Shown one piece after another: positions 36,160 through 44,966 of a DNA stretch of 61,972 nt; position 1 is the first letter of the stretch; every line of letters begins with the position of its first letter. Location of the stretch: positions 1 through 61,972 of the forward strand of contig CAKPFH010000002.1 of assembly GCA_934153655.1 (NCBI GenBank). The letters are read 5' to 3'. The DNA is from an uncultured Bacilli bacterium. GTDB lineage: Bacteria > Bacillota_I > Bacilli_A > RF39 > UBA660. Both the position numbers and the translations under genes were made by a program. The notes under the pieces were generated by a model. That model saw only the letters and a program-made list of their open reading frames with translations, had not been told where the DNA came from and did not search any database.

Positions 36160-37790
36160 AAAAATTAAATTTAAAAATATTATTGATACTGGCTATATTT
36201 TTGATGTTTAATATAAGTCCTAAGGCTTATGTTGCCCAATCTTATGAATGTTACTATAAAAGTTCTAGTGGACAAAAAATAAAAGTTACTATTGGACAAG
36301 GATGGGATCCAAATTTATTATATCCTAATCCTAGTTCAAATTCTGATGCTTTTAAATTTTATCCAGCAAATAGTGTTTCTCCTATTAATAATAGGACTTG
36401 TGGGTTCTTGTGGTTTAATTGTAAAGATCATTATATTTTTCAGCAGGGGTCATTTGAATATGCTGTTGGTCAGGCTTGTCCAGTTACAATGACTAATTAT
36501 TATTTAAAAAAAGAGGCAGAAAATGAATATTTTATAGATGGCAATAATGGTTATAAAATATATTCTAGTGATGCAACTCGAGGTAAAACGTATAGTACTT
36601 ACTTTAGTACTAAAAATAATGCTGATGAGACTTTTCCATCACTTATAATTGAATTTTCTAAAAAGGGTAGATTATTACAGAAAATAGAAGGCTTAGATAC
36701 TATGGAAATTGATGCCGTTATAACTCCATATGATAGTGATGTAACTCTTTTAGATAAGATTAAAAATAATGATAAATTTACAAGTACAACTTTTTACTAT
36801 GATGAACAAATTCAAGAAGAAGAGAAACCAACTATTGATGATCAAGGTTTCATGGATTGTACTTATCGAAATCGAAAAAAAGAAAATATATCTTTTCATT
36901 TAAAAAAAGGAAATATTTTATCAGATGATAAAGAAACGGTTACAGTAGGTGATAATACTAAGGAAGTTTATAGATCGATAATTGCTGGTACTACAGTTAT
37001 TTCGACTTGTCCAGATAATATAATTTATCCATCTAATGGAAATAAGGAAGCTTATAGTATTTTAAGTTGTCCATCTGGGGAATCTGAATTTGACTCAATT
37101 TGTTATTATAGAAGTGATTTACCAATTGAATATGATAATAACGAGAAAAAAAGAATTAGATATTTAAATACTAGAACTTCAGCTGGAGAAATTGATGTAT
37201 ATCTTTTAACAGCTCCTAATTCAAATGGTAAAATGGTAATTGCTAAGCAAAATGAAACAGAACTTAATTTTGAATGTGATGAAAACAATTATTTAACAGG
37301 AACAAATTATCCTACTTATCTTATAAAGGTAGGTGAAGGATCATCAGCCAAAATAACAGCAACTTATAAATTAGATAGCAGTGATAAAAGTGTTGCTAAA
37401 AAAGTTTATATGTTAGCTTCTAAAATCGGTGAATTTGGTGATTTGAAATTAGGCGAGATTGAAAAAACTTGTGAAGTTATCTATGGTGATGATTTTATTC
37501 ATTTTTTGAAAAAGAATGTTTTAAATGTTATTTATATAATTGTTCCAATTATTTTATTAGTTTTAACAACAGTTGATTTTGTTAAGGTGGTTATGAGTAA
37601 TGAAAAAGATGGAGTTAAAAAAGCAGGAAGTAGATTTGGTAAAAGAGTAGTAGCTGCTATTTTAATTTATTTAACTCCAACTATACTTATTTTCTTAGCA
37701 GAGATATTAGGGGCAAGTACAATAAGTGATTGTGCTAAATATATTCAAAAAATAGCTAAAGAAGAACAAACTAATCAAAGCGATAGTTGA
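36156..37790 (+). CDS. Secreted Cys-rich two-module protein with conserved C-terminal two-helix membrane hairpin (paralogue B)
   Basis: ATGA overlap with paralogue A. RBS GAGGAG. Signal peptide ending PKA. Same module logic and the same C-terminal hairpin. Confidence 0.6.
   Translation: MKKLNLKILLILAIFLMFNISPKAYVAQSYECYYKSSSGQKIKVTIGQGWDPNLLYPNPSSNSDAFKFYPANSVSPINNRTCGFLWFNCKDHYIFQQGSFEYAVGQACPVTMTNYYLKKEAENEYFIDGNNGYKIYSSDATRGKTYSTYFSTKNNADETFPSLIIEFSKKGRLLQKIEGLDTMEIDAVITPYDSDVTLLDKIKNNDKFTSTTFYYDEQIQEEEKPTIDDQGFMDCTYRNRKKENISFHLKKGNILSDDKETVTVGDNTKEVYRSIIAGTTVISTCPDNIIYPSNGNKEAYSILSCPSGESEFDSICYYRSDLPIEYDNNEKKRIRYLNTRTSAGEIDVYLLTAPNSNGKMVIAKQNETELNFECDENNYLTGTNYPTYLIKVGEGSSAKITATYKLDSSDKSVAKKVYMLASKIGEFGDLKLGEIEKTCEVIYGDDFIHFLKKNVLNVIYIIVPIILLVLTTVDFVKVVMSNEKDGVKKAGSRFGKRVVAAILIYLTPTILIFLAEILGASTISDCAKYIQKIAKEEQTNQSDS
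37407..37766 (+). repeat. Conserved 3' block of paralogue B (copy 2)
   Basis: Encodes YMLASKIGEFG...KYIQKIAKEE. Long runs of identical nucleotides are shared with 35785-36144. Confidence 0.75.
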
Positions 37791-37814
37791 CAAATTAAAA
37801 ATAAATGCTATAAT
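37787..37814 (+). promoter_or_regulatory. Sigma-A-like promoter of the thrS leader
   Basis: TTGACA - 16 nt - TATAAT with TGC immediately upstream (extended -10). The -35 overlaps the stop codon of the upstream gene. Confidence 0.6.
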
Positions 37815-37824
37815 AAAAACAAAT

Positions 37825-38016
37825 ATGTTGATTAGGACATGGTTTATAAACTAATTTTTAAGAGAGTTAGTGGTAGGTGCAAACTAATAAATTACTTATA
37901 AATTACTACCTATGAATAGAACTCGAAAGAGATTTCCAGGATGTTCCTGTTATCAAATTAAGAAAAATAAGGGATGGTACCGTCTTTAAGACTCCTTGGT
38001 ATCATTTCTTTTTTTA
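37825..38016 (+). promoter_or_regulatory. T-box riboswitch leader (threonine specifier) with intrinsic terminator
   Basis: AGAGAG and GGTGCAA stem I elements. ACT ACC in the candidate specifier loop (37905-37910). T-box sequence AATAAGGGATGGTACCG (37966-37982). Terminator stem ATGGTACC/GGTATCAT (37974-38005) plus a T-run. Sits directly upstream of thrS. Confidence 0.8.
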
Positions 38017-38038
38017 CATATTTTAGAAAGAAGGATTT

Positions 38039-39790
38039 ATGAAAAAAATTAAAGAAGATGAAAAATTAAGTGTTTTAAATCATAGTTGTGCTCATTTATT
38101 AGCTCAAGCTGTAAAGCATTTATACAAGGATGCTAAGTTTTGGGTTGGACCAGTTATAAATGAAGGATTTTACTATGACATTGATTTAGGTGATATTAAA
38201 TTAAATGATGATGACCTAGTAAAAATTGAAAAAGAAATGAAAAAAATAAGTAAGGATGGTAAAAAAATAATTCGTCATGAATTATCAAAAAGTGAAGCTT
38301 TAGATATGTTTAAAGACGATCCTTATAAAATTGATTTAATTAATGAAATGACAAGTGATACTGTTATTACTTGTTATACGCAAGGAGACTTTACTGATCT
38401 TTGCCGTGGTCCTCATGTTGATTCGGTTAAAGAAATTAAATATTTTAAATTATTAAAAGTAAGTGGAGCTTATTATAAAGGAGATTCCAAAAATAAAATG
38501 CTTCAAAGAATCTATGGTGTTGCTTTTTATGATGAAGAATCTTTAAATGATTATTTAAAAGAATTAGAAGAAGCAAGAGAAAGAGATCATCGAAAAATTG
38601 GTAAAGATTTAAGTATTTTCATGAACCATGATTTAGTTGGAAAAGGTATGCCTTTATGGCTTCCAAATGGAGCAATTGTTAGAAAACAACTTGAAAATTA
38701 TATTTATGAAAAAGAACAAAAATTAGGTTATTTACATGTTTATACTCCATGTGTTGGAACAGTTGATTTATATAAAACATCAGGACACTGGGATCATTAT
38801 AAAGAAAATATGTTCCCATCAATGAAAGTAGATGATGAAGAATTTGTTCTACGTCCTATGAATTGTCCTCATCATATGTTAATATATGGTAATGAAATTC
38901 ATTCTTATCGTGATTTACCAATTAGAATAGGTGAATTTGCAACTGATTTTAGATATGAAGCAAGTGGGGCAGTTAAAGGACTTGAAAGAGTTCGTTGTAT
39001 GTGTCAAAATGATGCTCATTTATTTGTAACACCTGAGCAAATTAAAGATGAATTTAAAAAAGTAGTATCATTAATTCTAGATGTTTACAAAGACTTTGGT
39101 ATTAAAAACTATACCTTCAGATTATCTTTAAGAGATAAAGAAGACAAAGAAAAATACTTTGATGATGATGATATGTGGAATATGGCTGAAGATAAATTAA
39201 GAGAAGTTTTAAATGAACTTGAGGTAGATTATCATGAAGCAATTGGAGAAGCCGCTTTCTATGGTCCAAAATTAGATGTTGAGGTTAAACCTGCAGTTGG
39301 ACCAGAAGTAACTTTATCAACTTGTCAATTAGATTTCTTACTACCAAGAAGATTTAACCTATCTTATATAGATTCAAATGGTGAAAAACAAGTACCAGTA
39401 GTACTTCATAGAGCAATATTTGGTACATTTGATAGATTTACAGCCTTTATTCTAGAAGAAACTAAAGGAGCTTTCCCATTATGGCTTGCTCCAATTCAAA
39501 TAAACATTATTCCTGTTAATAATGAATTCCATTTTGAATATGCATCTTCTATAAAAGATATGTTATTAACTCATGATATAAGAGTAAACCTAGATAGTCG
39601 AAATGAAAAACTTTCTTACAAAATGCGTGAAAGTCAAATTAAAAAAATCCCTTTAACTTTAATCTTAGGTGATAAAGAAAGAGATGAAAATACTATTAGT
39701 TATCGTACTTTTGGAAGTAATGAAACTAAGACATTATCAAAAGAAGAATTTGAAAATTTTGTTATAAATAAAATTAAGAATAGAGATTAA
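38039..39790 (+). CDS. thrS: Threonyl-tRNA synthetase (short form lacking the N-terminal TGS domain)
   Basis: [11 protein letters not shown] editing-domain motif at aa 15-25. Class II core MNCPHHM and FRYE. Anticodon-binding C-terminus. Confidence 0.9.
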   Translation: MKKIKEDEKLSVLNHSCAHLLAQAVKHLYKDAKFWVGPVINEGFYYDIDLGDIKLNDDDLVKIEKEMKKISKDGKKIIRHELSKSEALDMFKDDPYKIDLINEMTSDTVITCYTQGDFTDLCRGPHVDSVKEIKYFKLLKVSGAYYKGDSKNKMLQRIYGVAFYDEESLNDYLKELEEARERDHRKIGKDLSIFMNHDLVGKGMPLWLPNGAIVRKQLENYIYEKEQKLGYLHVYTPCVGTVDLYKTSGHWDHYKENMFPSMKVDDEEFVLRPMNCPHHMLIYGNEIHSYRDLPIRIGEFATDFRYEASGAVKGLERVRCMCQNDAHLFVTPEQIKDEFKKVVSLILDVYKDFGIKNYTFRLSLRDKEDKEKYFDDDDMWNMAEDKLREVLNELEVDYHEAIGEAAFYGPKLDVEVKPAVGPEVTLSTCQLDFLLPRRFNLSYIDSNGEKQVPVVLHRAIFGTFDRFTAFILEETKGAFPLWLAPIQINIIPVNNEFHFEYASSIKDMLLTHDIRVNLDSRNEKLSYKMRESQIKKIPLTLILGDKERDENTISYRTFGSNETKTLSKEEFENFVINKIKNRD

Positions 39791-39791
39791 T

Positions 39792-40505
39792 CTATTCTTT
39801 TTCTAATTCATCTAATAATTCATATACTTGATTATAACCTTTAATACAAACATCTTTAATTCGATTATTTACATTTCCAATATAATAACCCTTAAAATCT
39901 TTTAACATATTATAATCATTTTCACTATCACCAACTGTATAAATATTATTCTTATCAAGATTTAATAACTTTTCTAAATATTTAACAGTTGTACTTTTAT
40001 TAATACCTTTATTCTTTAAACAAAAATAAGTAATTCCAGCATGATCATATATTAAAAAATCATAAGTTTTATATTTCTCTTGTAATTCTTTTATTTTATC
40101 TAAAAAAATATTATTAATATTTTCATTTACAACAACAATATTACAACCAATTATATCATTGTTTAAATAACTATTATAATAATTATCTGGATAGGAATAT
40201 TGAATTTCTAAATAATTTACTAAATCTTTTAAACTTAAAAATTCAGTTAAAATACTTTCATCTAAATTATATTTAATTACCATTTTATCATTTTTATCAT
40301 ATAAAATAGAACCATCACAACATGATAAATAATCATAAGGAATATTATATTTTAAACACATATTTTTTAAAGAATTAAAACTTCTTCCTGATGATAACAT
40401 AAATAAATTATTATTTTTAAATTTATTTAGTTCTTCAACATTTTTTATAATATTTATATCATCTGTATAAAAACTAGAATCAAAATCACTTACTAATAAC
40501 TTCAT
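39792..40505 (-). CDS. Cof-type HAD-IIB phosphatase
   Basis: Start taken at ATG 40505 (MKLLVSDFDSSF) behind AGGTGA. GDSENDYNML motif near the C-terminus. Confidence 0.7.
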   Translation of the reverse strand: MKLLVSDFDSSFYTDDINIIKNVEELNKFKNNNLFMLSSGRSFNSLKNMCLKYNIPYDYLSCCDGSILYDKNDKMVIKYNLDESILTEFLSLKDLVNYLEIQYSYPDNYYNSYLNNDIIGCNIVVVNENINNIFLDKIKELQEKYKTYDFLIYDHAGITYFCLKNKGINKSTTVKYLEKLLNLDKNNIYTVGDSENDYNMLKDFKGYYIGNVNNRIKDVCIKGYNQVYELLDELEKE

Positions 40506-40593
40506 AATTTCACCTAAATCATTATAACAAATTTTTATTATTTTGACAAAATCTTTTATTTTTGATACAATAGACAAGAAATTTGGGGGTACT

Positions 40594-41757
40594 ATGAAAA
40601 AAATAAGAATTTTCTTTACTGATATTGATGGTTATTTAGTTAAAGCTAATATTCAAGAATATGTTAGTCAAATAGAATTATTTGGTGATGAACCTATTAA
40701 AGATTTTGAATATATTAAAAATTGTATTAAATATATGTTAGATGAAGCGAGAATTAATGGTACTAACAAGGATGCTATTCATTTTATTGAAAATGTTTAT
40801 AATTATGTTTCTAGTAATATGTTTGAAATGTTAAAAGAACATCGTGATTGTTTTTTAGAATATGATAATTTAGCAAGTTTTGAAGATAGAAAAAGATATA
40901 TTGAAGCTTATCAAAGACAACCTGTTAGTAATACTTCTTTAAAAGAAGAGGCTTTTTATATGCAATATATATTAAATGCTTTATATTATGCTAAAGGATT
41001 AATAGAAAGAGCTTATGTTGAGGCTAAGAATAGTGGGGATTTGAAATTACCATTTCCAACTATTAACTTAAATAATGATATTATAAAATATGATGAAGAT
41101 GAAGATCCAATAAAAAGAGCAACTTCAGCTTTACAAAGAATGGAAATATATGCTATGAATAGAGAAAAAGGTCGAGATGATTTTTTAACCGCTTGTAGTA
41201 TGGTTTCAACTAAAGAAATAGTAGATTATAATAGTATTTATCAAGCTAAAAATATTATACCAGGAGCCGTTGATAGTTTAAAATATATGTTAAATTCCTC
41301 TATGGTTGATATGATAGTTGCTTGTTCTCATTATACTGGGTATAGAGAAGGTATGGCTAAAATGAAATTATTTAGAGAAGAATTTCCCTTTATTTTAATG
41401 CTACCAGAATCTCTTCTTAAATTTCACCAAGAATCACCTTGTATGGGAAAAAGAAGAACAAGAAGTTCTAAAGATAAACAAATTGATTTAATGAAACAAA
41501 AAATATCAGAATTATTTGGTTATGATTATGATTCAATAGAAGTAATATTAGGAGATGATTCTTTTCCTAATTTAGATGGTTTAAATGAAAAAGAAGGAAT
41601 TTTATATCGAGAAAGAAGTCATGAAGAAACTAAAAATGGTATAGATAAACCAGTAGATTCTCGTTTTGTTAGACAATTTTCTTGGAATAAAGAGGAAATA
41701 GATCGTATCTTTAGTGAAATACATAGTAAAAAAGAAAATAAAATACTAAAAAAGTAA
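40594..41757 (+). CDS. HAD-like protein with a very large cap insertion, unknown function
   Basis: ATG at 40594 behind GGGGG. FFTDIDGYL (DxDG motif I). Later IVACSH and LGDDSFPN. Confidence 0.45.
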   Translation: MKKIRIFFTDIDGYLVKANIQEYVSQIELFGDEPIKDFEYIKNCIKYMLDEARINGTNKDAIHFIENVYNYVSSNMFEMLKEHRDCFLEYDNLASFEDRKRYIEAYQRQPVSNTSLKEEAFYMQYILNALYYAKGLIERAYVEAKNSGDLKLPFPTINLNNDIIKYDEDEDPIKRATSALQRMEIYAMNREKGRDDFLTACSMVSTKEIVDYNSIYQAKNIIPGAVDSLKYMLNSSMVDMIVACSHYTGYREGMAKMKLFREEFPFILMLPESLLKFHQESPCMGKRRTRSSKDKQIDLMKQKISELFGYDYDSIEVILGDDSFPNLDGLNEKEGILYRERSHEETKNGIDKPVDSRFVRQFSWNKEEIDRIFSEIHSKKENKILKK

Positions 41758-41859
41758 ATTTAATTTAGTATTTTTTTTGTAAAAAATTGTCAATTACTTA
41801 TTTTCCTATTAATATGTCATTTATTTTGTAGTATACTTATAGGGATAGGAGAATTTATA

Positions 41860-42840
41860 ATGTATTTATTAACGAAATCAATACTAGCTGCTATGTTAGG
41901 TTTTATCTCTTCTGTAATATTAGGTTTTATTTTAATACCAATATTAAAAAAAATGCATGCTGGTCAAAAAATTAGTAGTTACGTTTCTGAAAGGCACCAA
42001 GTAAAAGAAGGTACTCCGACCTTTGGAGGTTTAATATTTATAATTCCAACGTTATTAATTGTCTTTGCTTTAATTATAACTGGTAAAATGGAATTATCAG
42101 AAGACTTAAAGATAGTTTTATTTGTTTTTATTAGTTATGCTTTTATAGGCTTCTTAGATGATTATTTAAGTCATAAAAAAGGTAAAAATGAAGGTCTTAC
42201 AACTGTTCAAAAGTTTTTAATGCAATTATTTGTTGCTTTAATAGTTTTCTATTTATATATTAAAAATGGAGGACAAACTAAGTTAGTAGTTTCAACTTTA
42301 GGAATTAATATTGAAATGAAATGGATGTATGGAATATTTATTCTATTTATCTTGGTTGGTAGTAGCAATGCTGTTAATTTAACCGATGGATTAGATGGTT
42401 TAGCTGGGGGATTATCTGCTATATCTTTTATAGCTTTTAGTTTAATTTCTTTAATGGTAGGCTATACTGATATGGGAATATTTGCTCTTATTTTAACTGG
42501 TGCTTTATTGGGATTCTTGTTTTATAATGCATATCCAGCTAAAGTATTTATGGGAGACACTGGTTCTCTTGCCCTTGGAGCTGTCATGGGAGTAATTGCT
42601 ATTTTAACACATAGAGAGGTTACCTTATTAATTGTAGCTTTTGTCTTTGTAATTGAAACTTTATCAGTTATTTTACAAGTAATTTGGGTTAAATGCTTTG
42701 GTAAAAAATTATTCTTAATGACACCACTTCATCATCACTTTGAAAAATTAGGTATGCCAGAAGTAGATATTGTCCGTATGTTTTGGTTAGTAGGCTTAAT
42801 CCTTGCTATGGCAGGAATTGTATTCGGGGTTTGGATTTAA
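41860..42840 (+). CDS. mraY: Phospho-N-acetylmuramoyl-pentapeptide transferase
   Basis: GTPTFGG, DDYLSH.K, NAVNLTDGLDGLA, MGDTGSLALG, PLHHHFE. Confidence 0.9.
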   Translation: MYLLTKSILAAMLGFISSVILGFILIPILKKMHAGQKISSYVSERHQVKEGTPTFGGLIFIIPTLLIVFALIITGKMELSEDLKIVLFVFISYAFIGFLDDYLSHKKGKNEGLTTVQKFLMQLFVALIVFYLYIKNGGQTKLVVSTLGINIEMKWMYGIFILFILVGSSNAVNLTDGLDGLAGGLSAISFIAFSLISLMVGYTDMGIFALILTGALLGFLFYNAYPAKVFMGDTGSLALGAVMGVIAILTHREVTLLIVAFVFVIETLSVILQVIWVKCFGKKLFLMTPLHHHFEKLGMPEVDIVRMFWLVGLILAMAGIVFGVWI

Positions 42841-42862
42841 CAGGTTTTACCTGTTTTTTTTC
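42839..42862 (+). terminator. Rho-independent terminator after mraY
   Basis: AACAGGT ttt ACCTGTT followed by T8. A second hairpin, AGAAACTT..AAGTTTCT (about 42871-42897), serves the convergent minus-strand gene. Confidence 0.6.
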
Positions 42863-42894
42863 TTTAAAAAAAGAAACTTTAAGTTTTTAAGTTT

Positions 42895-43332
42895 CTATTT
42901 ATTAATTACAACTTTATCATTATCAATTACAAATTCATATTTGGTAATATTATCATATTCAAACTCAGGATTAGCATTAATATAAATACTTTCATCTGCT
43001 TGTAAATCCATTATTTTATAATCATATGTATATAATAACTTATCTTTATTATATAAATTAATACTTAAGTATTTATCATTAATCGTTTCTTTACTTTTAT
43101 TAGTTAATTTAAAACTCATATCTACTTTATTTTTATTTAAAGTTGCTTCAAATAAAGATATTTCAAAATTACTAATTTTATTTGGCTTTTCTTCAGTATT
43201 ATTTTTATTATCATTTGGTTTATTATTATTACTACTATCTCCTTTATTAGTAATTAAATAGATACAAGCTATTATTAATAAAATTCCAATTAATGATCCT
43301 AAAATAATAATTAGTTTTTTCTTATCTTTCAT
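42895..43332 (-). CDS. Membrane-anchored beta-rich protein, unknown function
   Basis: RBS AGGAGG. N-terminal TM segment, an N/K/P-rich linker, and a ~90-aa beta-sandwich-like domain. Confidence 0.5.
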   Translation of the reverse strand: MKDKKKLIIILGSLIGILLIIACIYLITNKGDSSNNNKPNDNKNNTEEKPNKISNFEISLFEATLNKNKVDMSFKLTNKSKETINDKYLSINLYNKDKLLYTYDYKIMDLQADESIYINANPEFEYDNITKYEFVIDNDKVVINK

Positions 43333-43433
43333 ATTTCCTCCTATTATTAATATATCAAATAATAGTAATTATTTCAATTATTAATTTGAAAATTTATTAT
43401 ACTTATGATATTATAAAGTCAAAGGGAGATGTT

Positions 43434-44966
43434 ATGAAATATTTAGTTAAATTAAGCTTTGATAAAGTAGATGAATTTGATGAAATTGATGATGAATTTG
43501 ATGAGAATGATGAAGAATTTGATGAATTTGATGTTGGAAGAGGATTTGTTTTCTTTGAAAATGAAGGAAATGGCTTGTTAGCTATTAATTTATCAGTTGA
43601 TCCTAGTAAAAAATTAACAAATGACTATATAAGAAGTTTATTAAAAAATTATTTATCAGGATATGATTTTATGATAAATGAAACAGCTGATGTTAAAATA
43701 GCCAAAGCTCTTTTAAAAAAGAAAATTAATATTTTAGATAATACTCTTGGTTTTGTTTTACCAAATGATTTAAAAACAAGTGATTATCTTAAAAATCTTG
43801 ATATTCAAGATAAAAAATTATATTTAGATGGTATATATGATACTACTCAAAGTGATTTAGATTTAGTTTTAAATGTAGTAGGAGATAAAAAAGATATTTA
43901 TTTAAAAGTAGAAGGTAATAATGATTATGTAACAGTTTTAGAATATGAAAATACTGTTAAAGCTATAAATGAAATAGTAGAAAAAATTAAAAAATATAAT
44001 CTAAGTCCTTTTGAACAAATCATGTATGCATATGATTTAGTAAGAGAAAGAATTTATAAATTTGAAGATAAAGGTGATTCTCCAACTAAGTCTAGAGATT
44101 TAACTTCAGTTTTAAGTGGAGATAGAATAGTATGTGTTGGTTATGCTGTTTTATTAAAAGCTATTCTTAGAAATTTTTCTATTAATGCTGAAAACTATAT
44201 AATTGAACATAAAACTAAACCTTTAGCTCATCAAAGAAGTATGATTTATGTTTTAGATCCTAAATATAATATTGATGGAGTTTTCTTTTTTGATCCAACA
44301 TTTGATAGTAGAAAAAAAGAAAATGATAATAGTTATTTAAATAATTATCGTAATTTTGCTGTTACTAAAGAAAAATCAGAAGTAGGATTAGAAGATTTTG
44401 TTTCAAGAAATTTACCTGGATTTGATAGAGATTTTATTCCTAAACTAAAAACAATTATTCTAGAAAAAGGTCTTAAAAATGTTCCAGCTGATATGATTAA
44501 TACAATTAATCGGGTAGCAATTTTTCTAGATGGAGAAGTTCTTATTAAAAGAGTAATGCTTGATACATTTAATTCTGTAAATATACCAGAGATTTTTAGA
44601 AAGAATTATACATTTGACCAAGAAAAAACTTTTGAAACTCTTGATCGTTACCAAAGATTATTCTTTGAAAGTAGTATTAGTGGACCAGATTTTTTAAGAG
44701 CTTTATATAATGTAAGAAAAGTTGAATATTATGATGATCCAAAAAAATATCCATTTGATGCAGTAGCAATTGAAAAAGCTGCAAGAGCATATCCTGAGAA
44801 TATTTATACAAGAATGTTTTATGAAATACATGGTAATCCAGATGAAAGAATAGATGAAGAAGGTTTAGCAAAAGTTTTTGAAGAAGATAAAATAGCTGAG
44901 AATATTGAACAAGTTAAAATAACTAATTTAGTAAGAGATTATTATGAAAGAAAGAAGAGTAGATAA
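43434..44966 (+). CDS. Transglutaminase-like (papain-fold) domain protein with acidic DEFDE-repeat N-terminus
   Basis: ATG at 43434 behind AGGGAGA. DEFDEIDDEFDENDEEFDEFD. Candidate Cys-His-Asp: RIVCVGYAVLLKAILRNFSINAE ... AHQRSMIYV ... FFFDPTFD. Confidence 0.5.
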   Translation: MKYLVKLSFDKVDEFDEIDDEFDENDEEFDEFDVGRGFVFFENEGNGLLAINLSVDPSKKLTNDYIRSLLKNYLSGYDFMINETADVKIAKALLKKKINILDNTLGFVLPNDLKTSDYLKNLDIQDKKLYLDGIYDTTQSDLDLVLNVVGDKKDIYLKVEGNNDYVTVLEYENTVKAINEIVEKIKKYNLSPFEQIMYAYDLVRERIYKFEDKGDSPTKSRDLTSVLSGDRIVCVGYAVLLKAILRNFSINAENYIIEHKTKPLAHQRSMIYVLDPKYNIDGVFFFDPTFDSRKKENDNSYLNNYRNFAVTKEKSEVGLEDFVSRNLPGFDRDFIPKLKTIILEKGLKNVPADMINTINRVAIFLDGEVLIKRVMLDTFNSVNIPEIFRKNYTFDQEKTFETLDRYQRLFFESSISGPDFLRALYNVRKVEYYDDPKKYPFDAVAIEKAARAYPENIYTRMFYEIHGNPDERIDEEGLAKVFEEDKIAENIEQVKITNLVRDYYERKKSR

